From: Candidatus Sericytochromatia bacterium
GTDB taxonomy: Bacteria; Cyanobacteriota; Sericytochromatia; S15B-MN24; JAQBPE01
Length of the DNA stretch: 11,226 nt
Assembly (NCBI GenBank): GCA_040400605.1
Contig: JBBAPZ010000008.1
Coordinates: forward strand, 47,990 to 59,215
Reading direction: 5' to 3'
Position numbers and translations under genes: made by a program. The notes beneath the pieces were generated by a model. It worked only from the letters and a program-made list of their open reading frames with translations, was not told the origin of the DNA and made no database searches. This document shows positions 1 through 7,887 of the stretch, in pieces (within the stretch, counting starts at the first letter, position 1; every line of letters begins with the position of its first letter).

Positions 1-335
1 GACAACTGACCGAAAGAACACCACTCACCGTGAAGATAGGGCCCCCACTCCCAAAGCCACAACGCCAATTTGAGCTCCCGCTGCAAACCGGGATGCGCGC
101 CCTCAAACAGGCGATCGCACGCCGACGCAACGCCCACCACTCGCCCATCAGGGCGGCCTGCCGCCGCAGGCCAGAACACCATCGCAAGCGCATCCAAAGT
201 GGCCCATTCACGCTGATTGAAACAACGTAGCGCGGGTGCCGCTGCCACCGCGGCACCCGCCACCCGCGCACCTGCACCATTCAAAAGACCAAGCGCTAAA
301 GTAGTTGTAAAAAGCAAAAACTCACGCCTGGTCAA
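1..335 (-). CDS. Tat-exported protein, gluconate 2-dehydrogenase subunit 3-like family (partial, 3' end runs off window)
   Basis: Not in the ORF track; hand-translated from TTG at 335, open to the window edge: MTRREFLLFTTTLALGLLNGAGARVAGAAVAAAPALRCFNQREWATLDALAMVFWPAAAGRPDGRVVGVASACDRLFEGAHPGLQRELKLALWLWEWGPYLHGEWCSFGQL. It has a twin-arginine motif (TRREFL) plus a hydrophobic stretch. The segment F-x3-EWATLDAL...P...GV...DRL resembles the subunit-3 family. GAGG overlaps the upstream stop codon. The family call is by recognition only. Confidence 0.75.
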   Translation of the reverse strand, partial: MTRREFLLFTTTLALGLLNGAGARVAGAAVAAAPALRCFNQREWATLDALAMVFWPAAAGRPDGRVVGVASACDRLFEGAHPGLQRELKLALWLWEWGPYLHGEWCSFGQL

Positions 336-344
336 AACCCTGCC

Positions 345-1931
345 TCACTGCACCACTACCGAACCATCACAACTGGCGCGTTCCTCAACAATACTCACCC
401 CACCATCTTGATCACTGTCCAACGCCTTAGCCTCTTGTGCATACTTCCGCAAAAACTCCGCAACCTCTGCATCACTCGGCGCCATGACGAAACTCACAGC
501 ACTGAACCGCCACTTCGCATAGGCGTCATAACCTAACGATTCGCTGGGAGGTACCGGCCAACGCAACTCATGACAAGTCGATTCACCCCCCTCAGACGGT
601 TCGGGTGCAACACTCAAGGGTTTGCAAAACTCCTCTTGCGTCACCAAATTATCCTTGTTTTGATCCCAACGCTTGAACCTGTCATACACTGCCTGCTTTA
701 ACTGCGACGGATCCAAGCCCACACCGACGCGATCGGTTGCCGCTTCCCGCCGTTGATAATACGAATACATCTCCTCAAATTTTACTGCCCGCTGCGCCCC
801 AAACGGCCAATCATCACACGATGGGTTCACCGGCAGAATGACGACCGGCGGCGGAACTGGCATGGTCCCATCCTCGCACCACTCCTCAAAATCCAACATC
901 CCATCACCATTACGATCCAATTTCTTAAAACGGGCACGCAATTCATCCTCAGACGGCATCACCGTCGCCATCACACCCCCGGGTATCATCGGTCGCTTGT
1001 AATCCGCGCGCGCAAACTCCTCAAAGTCAACAAAACCATCGCCATTCACATCCGCGCGGACAAACACCTGTTTACAATCACCGGAGCTCGGCTCAGACCC
1101 ACCCTCGCACCATTCCTCAAAATTCAACAAACCATCACCATTGCGATCCGTGCTCTTGAAACGCTCAAACAAAACCTCTTTCGGCTGCATCACGGCAGGC
1201 ATCGCCACGCCAGGCGTCATCGGCCGCCTGTAATCCGCGCGCGCAAATTCTTCAAAGTCAACCGCCCCATCGCCATTCACATCCGCGCTAACAAACACCT
1301 GCTTGCAATCTTCTTCACCCGGCTCAGGCCCACCTTGACACCACTCGTCAAAATCCAACAAACCATCGCCATTGCGATCCATATGCTTGAAACGCTCAGT
1401 CAAAACTCTCGGCGGCATCACAACAGGTATCCCCCCCAAGCCGGGCATCATCGGCCGCGCGTCATCCGCGCGCTCAAACTCCTCAAAGTCAACCATCCCA
1501 TCGCCATTCACATCCGCACGAACAAAACCCTTTTTGCAATCACCGGGGCCCACATCTGGCGTTGGCACCTCAGGTTTGGGCCTGTTCCAATCAATCGGCA
1601 ACTGACGCGTAAACTCCTTGAAGTCCAGATATTTGTCGCGATCAACGTCCCGATACATAAACTCGGCACCCACTTCCGGCCGCAGCCCGAGCGCCCCCTT
1701 GAAGCTGACAAACTCATCGCGATCAAGTTTTTGATTGCCGTCAGTATCAGCGATCGCAAACTGCTTCGCTTGTTCCACTTCATCCACCACCAACGGCGTT
1801 GTCACACCCGGCGACGGAGGCACCACGACGACAGGATTGAGCTGACCCAGCAACTGACTGGGAATCTGAATGTTACACCCCGTCAATGCCCCCAGCATCA
1901 ATAAAGCCAAGCCCGGTTTCGCTCGTCGCAC
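345..1931 (-). CDS. Multi-EF-hand calcium-binding lipoprotein (528 aa)
   Basis: GTG start with AAGGGGG upstream. Signal peptide MRRAKPGLALLMLGALTG|C has lipobox LTGC (Cys19). About 10 EF-hand loops: DTDGNQKLDRDE, DVDRDKYLDFKE, 3x DVNGDGxVDFEE, 3x DRNGDGxLxFxE, DQNKDNLVTQEE and DSDQDGGVSIVE. Confidence 0.92.
   Translation of the reverse strand: MRRAKPGLALLMLGALTGCNIQIPSQLLGQLNPVVVVPPSPGVTTPLVVDEVEQAKQFAIADTDGNQKLDRDEFVSFKGALGLRPEVGAEFMYRDVDRDKYLDFKEFTRQLPIDWNRPKPEVPTPDVGPGDCKKGFVRADVNGDGMVDFEEFERADDARPMMPGLGGIPVVMPPRVLTERFKHMDRNGDGLLDFDEWCQGGPEPGEEDCKQVFVSADVNGDGAVDFEEFARADYRRPMTPGVAMPAVMQPKEVLFERFKSTDRNGDGLLNFEEWCEGGSEPSSGDCKQVFVRADVNGDGFVDFEEFARADYKRPMIPGGVMATVMPSEDELRARFKKLDRNGDGMLDFEEWCEDGTMPVPPPVVILPVNPSCDDWPFGAQRAVKFEEMYSYYQRREAATDRVGVGLDPSQLKQAVYDRFKRWDQNKDNLVTQEEFCKPLSVAPEPSEGGESTCHELRWPVPPSESLGYDAYAKWRFSAVSFVMAPSDAEVAEFLRKYAQEAKALDSDQDGGVSIVEERASCDGSVVVQ
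867..1541 (-). repeat. Three intragenic tandem repeats, 231-nt (77-aa) period, each encoding Cys-EF hand-Met/Pro linker-EF hand-Cys
   Basis: Units start DCK at aa 131, 208 and 285 and end in EWC at aa 198, 275 and 352. At DNA level CATCGCCATTCACATCCGC recurs near 1037, 1268 and 1499. Confidence 0.95.
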
Positions 1932-1969
1932 GTTACGCCCCCTTCGCCTATCGCTCCTCGATCACGCTC

Positions 1970-2007
1970 TCTATACCCTGGTTGGCATCATAGGCAACCT
2001 GCCAACC
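1970..2007 (-). promoter_or_regulatory. Candidate alternative-sigma promoter (GGTTG-N16-GGGTAT) overlapped by an 8-bp inverted repeat
   Basis: GGGTATAGA on the minus strand at 1978-1970, 38 nt before the start codon. Inverted repeat GGTTGGCA (1980-1987) / TGCCAACC (2000-2007). Confidence 0.35.
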
Positions 2008-2379
2008 ATCAATTTCAGCAATTGGACGCTCACCATCACAACAAGACACAAGATTAATCAGATCGATTTCGGGCGTTACATGCGGCATGGTTACAACGAA
2101 TATTTTACGAACAAACACTCAATCTGATGGCTCAGGCAATCTGGCAAAACCATCAGAGGAGGCATCAACCGCGCTGATCGGGCGCCCTCACTGCGGCAGA
2201 ACGACTGGGCCAACACAACCTGGCTCAATCGTCAACGGCAGCAAGGGCTCTATAAACGGTGAACCAACAAACCGTGAATCGGATGGCTGAAACCATCAGG
2301 TTAACCAATCAGCCATCCTCGCCTTGGCCAACGTACGCAACCCCTGGACAACGCCACGATCCCTTTCAGGATGCAGCAT

Positions 2380-2415
2380 AAAAAATGGGGCCACCTCCTT
2401 GGAAGCGGCCCCATT
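2380..2415 (-). terminator. Rho-independent terminator of glgP
   Basis: Minus strand reads AATGGGGCCGCTTC-CAAG-GAGGTGGCCCCATT-TTTT: a long GC-rich stem running into a U tract, 16 nt after the glgP stop. Confidence 0.88.
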
Positions 2416-2431
2416 CAGTCTTACCATTGAA

Positions 2432-4984
2432 CTAAGCCCAACGAATCAATCCCAATTCATGCTTGTTGGCAAAATGATCGTGATTGGGCACGACCCGTAT
2501 GCCGTAAATATAAGAACCACCCTTGGCAGGTGTGAACGCGCCACTGAACTTATAGCTTCCATCGCTAAATTGTTCAGCAAGGTGCAACGGCATCACTTCG
2601 ACATCAGAAAGACCCTGACCATCTTCACGCCCCTGATAAAGCTCCACCCGCAAGTGCTCGGGGGGCAGGCCGCCTGTCTTAAGACGAGCCACCACACCGA
2701 TGTCTTGACCCACCTGAATCTTGTCCTGGTTCACGGGCGCAGCTTCGATGTACACATGATGCCAGTTGTAAGTCATCATGCTTTTCCAGTCCGCGAACTG
2801 TTTGGCCACCGCAAAGTGATTTTGCGCCATCCGCTCCCCGTGGGCGATCGCCGGCACGTAGTACTGATTGATATAATCCTGCACCATGCGATGGGTGGAG
2901 TATTGAGGCGTCAGCGTGGCGATCGCATCCTTGACCCGAGCCAGCCAACCTGTGGGAATACCTGCCTCGTTACGATCGTAGAACAACGGAACGATCTGTT
3001 CCTCCAAGATTCGATAGAACGACAATGCATCTGCATCATCCTGCTCGGAATGATTGCTGAACTCGCGTGCCTCACCAATGGCCCACCCGTTAACACCGTT
3101 GTAGCCCTCAACCCACCAACCATCCAGCACGGAAAAATTGAGGCACCCATTCGCCGCAGCCTTCTGACCACTCGTGCCAGAAGCTTCCAGTGGACGCCGT
3201 GGGTTGTTCAACCAAACGTCGCAACCGTGCACCAAATGGCGGGCCACATTCATGTCGTAATCTTCAATGAAGACCACCGAGCCACTGAACCCCGATTGAC
3301 GGGCATACTGATTGACCGCCTGAATGAATTCTTTCCCGGGCATGTCAGCAGGGTGAGCTTTACCCGCGAAAATAATCTGAACTTTTCGCCCCGTTGCCGA
3401 CAACGCACGTTCAAGGCGCGCCGCGTCCCTGAAAATCAACGTGGCACGCTTGTACGTCGCAAACCGACGGGCGAAGCCAATGGTCAACGCCTCCGGATCA
3501 AGCAAACTTTCCGCTTCAGCAACCCGCGCGACACTTTCACCGGCACGAAGACGTTGCGCGACCAAACGCTTGCGCACAAACGCAATCATGCGTCGCTTGA
3601 GTGTCTGACGCAACGCCCATAACTCGGCGTCTGATGCCTCATGAATCCTGGCAAAGTATTCCTTCTCGGCCAAATGCTCGCGCCAATCTGAACCCAAATA
3701 CCGGGTAAAGAACGCTGCCAACTCAGGCGAGAGCCAAGTTTCAGTGTGAACACCGTTGGTGATCGAACCAATCGGCACCTCGTCAGCCGGCACACCAGGC
3801 CACAATGCTCGCCACATCTCACGCGATACGTCACCATGCAAAGCCGACACGCCATTGGCCTGCCGCGACAGCCTCAGCGCCAGAACACTGAGTGAGAACA
3901 ATGGCGGCCCGCCCAGTGTATCTTGACGCGCAAGACCCAAAAACTCCTCCCGACCAATGCCGAGTTGTGGATAAAAACGCCCGAAGTATTTTTCCATCAA
4001 GGCGTAAGAAAACGCATCGTTGCCCGCCGGCACCGGCGTATGGGTGGTAAAGATCGCGTTCGCAGCAACGGCCTCGAGCGCTTCATGAAAGGAGAGACCC
4101 TGTTGCTGCACATACTCCCGAATACGCTCCAAGCCCAAAAAGGCGGAATGCCCCTCATTCATGTGCCAAGCGCCTGGGTGAATCCCCAAAGCACGCAACG
4201 CACGAACCCCACCGATACCCAGAATGATTTCCTGCGCGATGCGCATATCGTGATCGCCACCATACAACTGGGCGCTGAAACGCCGATCCTCCGTCGTATT
4301 GCGATCAATGTCCGTGTCCAGCAAGTACAAGGCGATGCGCCCAACTTGAACTTTCCACACCTTGGCGAACACATGACGGCCCGGCAAATCCACATGAATG
4401 ATGACCTCGTCACCTGCCGCGTTGCGAGCAGGCGTGATCGGCAGTTCGGAGAAATTCAACTTGTCATAAATGGCCTCTTGCATGCCATCTGCCCGCAATT
4501 GCTGCCGGAAATAACCCTGATTGTATAAAAGCCCCACCCCAACAAACGGCAAACCCAAATCACTGGCGGACTTGCAATGGTCACCGCTCAAAATGCCCAA
4601 GCCGCCGGAATAAATCGGAAGCGCCTCGTGAAGCCCGAATTCTGCCGAAAAATAAGCCAACACCTGACCTTTGCGCCCGGGATAGTGACGATTGAACCAC
4701 GTGTCGTTTTTGGACATGTAGGCATCAAAGCGCGCCATCACGTCATCAAAGGCCGCGATAAAATCACCATCAACCGATGCGCGGTCAAGTTTCTCCTGCT
4801 CAATGACACTCAAAAAACGAACCGGATTGTGGTAGACGCGTTCCCACAACGCCTCATCCAATCGCACAAATAGCGCTTGTGCCTCAGGCGTCCAACTCCA
4901 CCACAGGTTGTTGGCGATTGTTTTCAATCCGTCAATGCGGGCAGGAAGCACCGGAAAAACGGAAATTCGTCCTAGAAGATTCAA
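2432..4984 (-). CDS. glgP: Alpha-glucan (glycogen/maltodextrin) phosphorylase, GT35 family, about 850 aa
   Basis: Motifs NLWWSW, YFSAEFG, YSGGLGILSGD, HMNEGH, FTTHTP, GFARRFATYKR, FAGKAHP and the PLP-lysine motif EASGTSGQK. Start reassigned from 5044 to TTG at 4984, which has AAGGAG 9 nt upstream. Confidence 0.97.
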   Translation of the reverse strand: MNLLGRISVFPVLPARIDGLKTIANNLWWSWTPEAQALFVRLDEALWERVYHNPVRFLSVIEQEKLDRASVDGDFIAAFDDVMARFDAYMSKNDTWFNRHYPGRKGQVLAYFSAEFGLHEALPIYSGGLGILSGDHCKSASDLGLPFVGVGLLYNQGYFRQQLRADGMQEAIYDKLNFSELPITPARNAAGDEVIIHVDLPGRHVFAKVWKVQVGRIALYLLDTDIDRNTTEDRRFSAQLYGGDHDMRIAQEIILGIGGVRALRALGIHPGAWHMNEGHSAFLGLERIREYVQQQGLSFHEALEAVAANAIFTTHTPVPAGNDAFSYALMEKYFGRFYPQLGIGREEFLGLARQDTLGGPPLFSLSVLALRLSRQANGVSALHGDVSREMWRALWPGVPADEVPIGSITNGVHTETWLSPELAAFFTRYLGSDWREHLAEKEYFARIHEASDAELWALRQTLKRRMIAFVRKRLVAQRLRAGESVARVAEAESLLDPEALTIGFARRFATYKRATLIFRDAARLERALSATGRKVQIIFAGKAHPADMPGKEFIQAVNQYARQSGFSGSVVFIEDYDMNVARHLVHGCDVWLNNPRRPLEASGTSGQKAAANGCLNFSVLDGWWVEGYNGVNGWAIGEAREFSNHSEQDDADALSFYRILEEQIVPLFYDRNEAGIPTGWLARVKDAIATLTPQYSTHRMVQDYINQYYVPAIAHGERMAQNHFAVAKQFADWKSMMTYNWHHVYIEAAPVNQDKIQVGQDIGVVARLKTGGLPPEHLRVELYQGREDGQGLSDVEVMPLHLAEQFSDGSYKFSGAFTPAKGGSYIYGIRVVPNHDHFANKHELGLIRWA

Positions 4985-5065
4985 AACCTGATTCTCCTTG
5001 TCTCGGCTGGCTCTTTGCCGGACTCGATTCCACGAATCTGACAATGCCTGATCGTTTGAGGGATT

Positions 5066-5074
5066 ATTCTAACA
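5066..5074 (-). promoter_or_regulatory. Extended -10 promoter element for glgP (TGtTAGAAT)
   Basis: TGnTAGAAT is a 5/6 match to TATAAT with a TG extension. TTGCGA lies 19 nt upstream. Confidence 0.5.
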
Positions 5075-5114
5075 CAAAGTGGCCTCGGTCTCGCAAACCC
5101 GATGCCAGCTTGCC

Positions 5115-5507
5115 TTAAGCGTCGTCGTCATCGCTCAGGGCGAGTTGGGCATGAACCCGATTTTCCGCATAGTCAACAACGAATTCAGGCAAGGCGTCGA
5201 GGGCTTCGGTCCAGTTGATCTGTCCCCGTTGCGCCCGCTGGAACAACGGGCCGTAGTGCTTGACATATAACATTCGAAAAACGGCTGGGAACGACAGTGC
5301 AAGCTGTTCCAGCAACGTGTAGCCCACTTCCAGAAAAGTCGCGCCTGCCAGATAAAATTGCGCCGCGGGCGTCGTTGCGAAATTGTCATCTCCTACAACC
5401 TCCTGCAAGGTCGTTCCCGCTTGATCCAGCGCTTGCTCCAAATCTTGCAGAAATTGGGCAGGTATTGCTTCATCAAGCGTATTTGCATCAATCGCCAGGT
5501 CCAACAT
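5115..5507 (-). CDS. Hypothetical acidic protein (about 130 aa)
   Basis: Protein-like ORF MLDLAIDANTLDEAIPAQF...LSDDDDA. AAGGA lies 5 nt before ATG 5507 (alternative ATG at 5513). The track start at 5585 falls inside the predicted promoter. No family recognised. Confidence 0.75.
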   Translation of the reverse strand: MLDLAIDANTLDEAIPAQFLQDLEQALDQAGTTLQEVVGDDNFATTPAAQFYLAGATFLEVGYTLLEQLALSFPAVFRMLYVKHYGPLFQRAQRGQINWTEALDALPEFVVDYAENRVHAQLALSDDDDA

Positions 5508-5557
5508 CGCCATCCTTCTTAAATCAGCCTCAGACGACAACAGTCGCCCTTTATGGC

Positions 5558-5585
5558 ATTTTAACAGATTCATGCGGCGTGCCAA
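5558..5585 (-). promoter_or_regulatory. Sigma70-type promoter TTGGCA-N16-TAAAAT with TG extension
   Basis: Minus strand TTGGCA cgccgcatgaatcTGt TAAAAT; both hexamers are 5/6 matches to consensus. Confidence 0.6.
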
Positions 5586-5798
5586 TCAACAGCCAAAATG
5601 TCAGCCGGCCATTCATTCGGTATCGCAAAAGCGGTTGTTCGCGCAATGCCTGGTTGGCAGCTTGGCACACAAGGGTCGCCGGGCGTCCAGTGAATCGACC
5701 AGGGTGTTGGGTATGAATCTGCAGCACCGTCACGGTACTGCAACTGCTCGCCTTAAAAGCGGTTGACGGATGGATGCAAACTGTAAAAGCGTTGCCCG

Positions 5799-5807
5799 TG
5801 TTACCAT
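5799..5807 (+). promoter_or_regulatory. Extended -10 element (TGtTACCAT) immediately before the GNAT gene
   Basis: Ends 6 nt before ATG 5814, and no convincing Shine-Dalgarno is present. Confidence 0.4.
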
Positions 5808-5813
5808 GGGTGT

Positions 5814-6716
5814 ATGTCGTTCCTGATTCGTCCGCTTGAGCCTTCGGACGCCCCGCAATTGGTCGCGCGTTTTGCGACGACGGGACGAGCGCCGTGGGTG
5901 ATGCTTACGCACCCTTGGCGCCTGACCGATTTTCTGATTGCCCGAAAAGATGCAGAAACGTTGGTTGCCCGGCGTGGCGATGACCCTGTGTTGGGTGCGG
6001 TCCGCGTCGTGAGGCGAGGGACTGAAGCGTTGTTGCTTGGTCCGTTGGTGTCCGATGATCAATTGGCTGAGTTATTGGCCCGCAGTTTGGTGAAAGCGGC
6101 GGAAACCTGGGCCACCGGGCAAGGGTGTCGGGTGCTTCGCACGCGGGTGGCCATTCACGCGGAACAAGGCCTGACGCTTTATCGAAGCTTGGGTTTTCAT
6201 CTCAGTCAGGAACGCCATCACATATTGGCATTGCAGCGCAGCAGGGTCGTGGTGCCCACGGTTCCTGACTCGTACCGCATGGGCCCGTTGCCGGGATTAT
6301 TGAGTCGCGATTATCTGGTCGCCGTAGCGACCATCTTCGGCGAGTCTGCGCCGCAGCTTCGCTGGAGCCGTGCGGAAGCTTTCGAATATCTGCAACGACC
6401 GGAGGTCTCCTTGGTTGTTTGCCGAGAGGGTGACCGCCTGGTCGGATTGGTTGAATTGCTGCGGCGGGATGATGATTTTGAACTGGTCAATGTGGGACTG
6501 GCCCCGGCGTTGCGTGGACAGAACCTCGGTCGAAGCTTGATCGCGACAAGCTTGCACCATGCATTTGAATTCTGGGGAGCGCAACGGGTGTGGGTGGGTG
6601 CCACCGGTGATGACATTGCGCTTCGCTCCCGTTTGTTGCGGCCTTTGGGGTTTAGTCAGGGAAACGCTTTGATCCTGTTTGAAAAGATGCTTGACGCCAA
6701 AACCGATTGTTCCTGA
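5814..6716 (+). CDS. GNAT family N-acetyltransferase with two tandem GNAT domains (300 aa)
   Basis: N-terminal IRPLEPSD; domain 1 ends LYRSLGF. Domain 2 has the acetyl-CoA motif A (VGLAPALRGQNLGRSL) and ends LLRPLGF. Substrate unknown. Confidence 0.85.
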   Translation: MSFLIRPLEPSDAPQLVARFATTGRAPWVMLTHPWRLTDFLIARKDAETLVARRGDDPVLGAVRVVRRGTEALLLGPLVSDDQLAELLARSLVKAAETWATGQGCRVLRTRVAIHAEQGLTLYRSLGFHLSQERHHILALQRSRVVVPTVPDSYRMGPLPGLLSRDYLVAVATIFGESAPQLRWSRAEAFEYLQRPEVSLVVCREGDRLVGLVELLRRDDDFELVNVGLAPALRGQNLGRSLIATSLHHAFEFWGAQRVWVGATGDDIALRSRLLRPLGFSQGNALILFEKMLDAKTDCS

Positions 6717-6729
6717 AGCCGTGTGGGCG

Positions 6730-6738
6730 TGATACAAT
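6730..6738 (+). promoter_or_regulatory. Extended -10 element (TGaTACAAT) for prfA
   Basis: TGnTACAAT in the GNAT-prfA gap, about 70 nt before the prfA ATG. Confidence 0.5.
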
Positions 6739-6807
6739 CGTCGCACTGGGTGAAATGGGTTGCCTCGGGCAATCAGGTGTGCGGGCCGAAGGAATCGAAA
6801 CAAGCCG

Positions 6808-7887
6808 ATGGAAGCGAAACTCAAAGAGGTTGAACGAAAGTTCGCGGAGTTAACTGAACTGTTGAGTGATCCGGTCGTGCTTGCGGACCAGGAACGCCTG
6901 CTCAAGTATGCTCGGGCGCGCGCCGAGCTGGAAGAAACCGTGACAACTTACCACGAGTGGCAAGGTGTCGTCCGTGAATTGCGCGATGCGAAGGGCATGT
7001 TGCAGGTCGAGACGGACGCAGAGTTGCGTGCGTTGATCAGCGACGAGGTGGATGCGTTGACGTCCCGCGAAGCGCAACTTGACCAGCGACTCGCTATTTT
7101 GCTGTTGCCGCGTGACCCGAATGATGACAAGAACATCCTGGTTGAGATTCGGGGTGGTGCCGGTGGCGAGGAATCAAGTCTTTTTGCTGCGGACTTGCTG
7201 CGCATGTATAGCCGTTATGCCGATCGTCGTGGCTGGCGTTCCGAGTTGCTGAACCTTCAGGAAACGGAACTCGGTGGTATCAAGGAAGCGGTGTTGTCCA
7301 TCAAGGGTGAGGGCGTCTATCGTCAAATGAAGTATGAGTCGGGGGTGCATCGTGTTCAGCGCGTACCGGTTACCGAAGCGTCAGGGCGGGTTCACACATC
7401 AACGGCCACGGTGGCCATTATGCCTGAAGCTGAGGAAGTAGACCTTGAAATCAATCCGAAGGATCTTCAGATTGATACCTTCCGTGCCGGCGGTGCTGGC
7501 GGACAAAACGTGAACAAGGTCGAAACGGCGGTTCGCATCACCCACTTGCCAACGGGTGTGGTGGTTGCGTGTCAAGAAGAACGGTCTCAATTGCAGAACC
7601 GGATGCGGGCGATGGCTTTGCTGCGAACAAAGTTGCTCGACGCGATGACTGAGAAAGCCGCGTCCGAACGCTCCGATTTGCGGCGCAGTCAGGTGGGAAC
7701 AGGCGATCGCTCCGAGCGTATCCGGACCTACAATTTTTCGGAAAACCGGGTCTCGGATCACCGGATTAAACTCACCCTACACAAGCTGGATGCCATCTTA
7801 AACGGGGACATGGATGAGCTGTTGGGTGAGTTGATTGCGTTCGACCAGCGCGCTCGCCTGGATAAAATGACGACGCAGGCCACCTGA
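6808..7887 (+). CDS. prfA: Peptide chain release factor 1 (359 aa)
   Basis: [14 protein letters not shown] contains the RF1-specific PxT motif (PVT). Also GAGGQNVNK (GGQ), ERSQLQN and [12 protein letters not shown]. Start placed at ATG 6808 (MEAKLKEVE) rather than TTG 6760, which gives a normal RF1 length. Confidence 0.98.
   Translation: MEAKLKEVERKFAELTELLSDPVVLADQERLLKYARARAELEETVTTYHEWQGVVRELRDAKGMLQVETDAELRALISDEVDALTSREAQLDQRLAILLLPRDPNDDKNILVEIRGGAGGEESSLFAADLLRMYSRYADRRGWRSELLNLQETELGGIKEAVLSIKGEGVYRQMKYESGVHRVQRVPVTEASGRVHTSTATVAIMPEAEEVDLEINPKDLQIDTFRAGGAGGQNVNKVETAVRITHLPTGVVVACQEERSQLQNRMRAMALLRTKLLDAMTEKAASERSDLRRSQVGTGDRSERIRTYNFSENRVSDHRIKLTLHKLDAILNGDMDELLGELIAFDQRARLDKMTTQAT

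Noticed and set aside
30..411. Short plus-strand ORFs 30..230 and 217..411
   Set aside because: They lie antisense to the better-supported Tat-signal gene and the 3' end of the lipoprotein gene.
867..1541. CRISPR array or mobile-element repeats
   Set aside because: The period is 231 nt, in frame and protein-coding; there is no repeat-spacer pattern and no cas or transposase gene.
753..1904. 383-aa plus-strand ORF with apparent repeats
   Set aside because: Antisense shadow of the EF-hand gene; its repeats and His/Ile/Arg bias mirror the real minus-strand repeats.
345..1931. Lanmodulin-like lanthanide-binding protein
   Set aside because: Lanmodulin loops have proline at position 2 (DPDKDG); the loops here have T, V, R, Q or S. 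Lanthanide binding is not excluded but is not supported.
2324..4873. Long plus-strand ORFs (432, 201 and 98 aa) opposite glgP
   Set aside because: Antisense shadows of a conserved gene, with no recognisable motifs.
5814..6716. Mycothiol synthase MshD assignment
   Set aside because: Only the tandem-GNAT architecture is shared; there are no other mycothiol genes or specific signature in the window.
6297..6905. 202-aa minus-strand ORF spanning the GNAT gene and the prfA start
   Set aside because: Overlaps two genuine plus-strand genes and has no recognisable domain.
6760..7887. RF2-style programmed frameshift or N-terminal extension in the release factor
   Set aside because: The frame is uninterrupted, the PVT motif marks RF1, and the 16-aa extension from TTG 6760 is unsupported.
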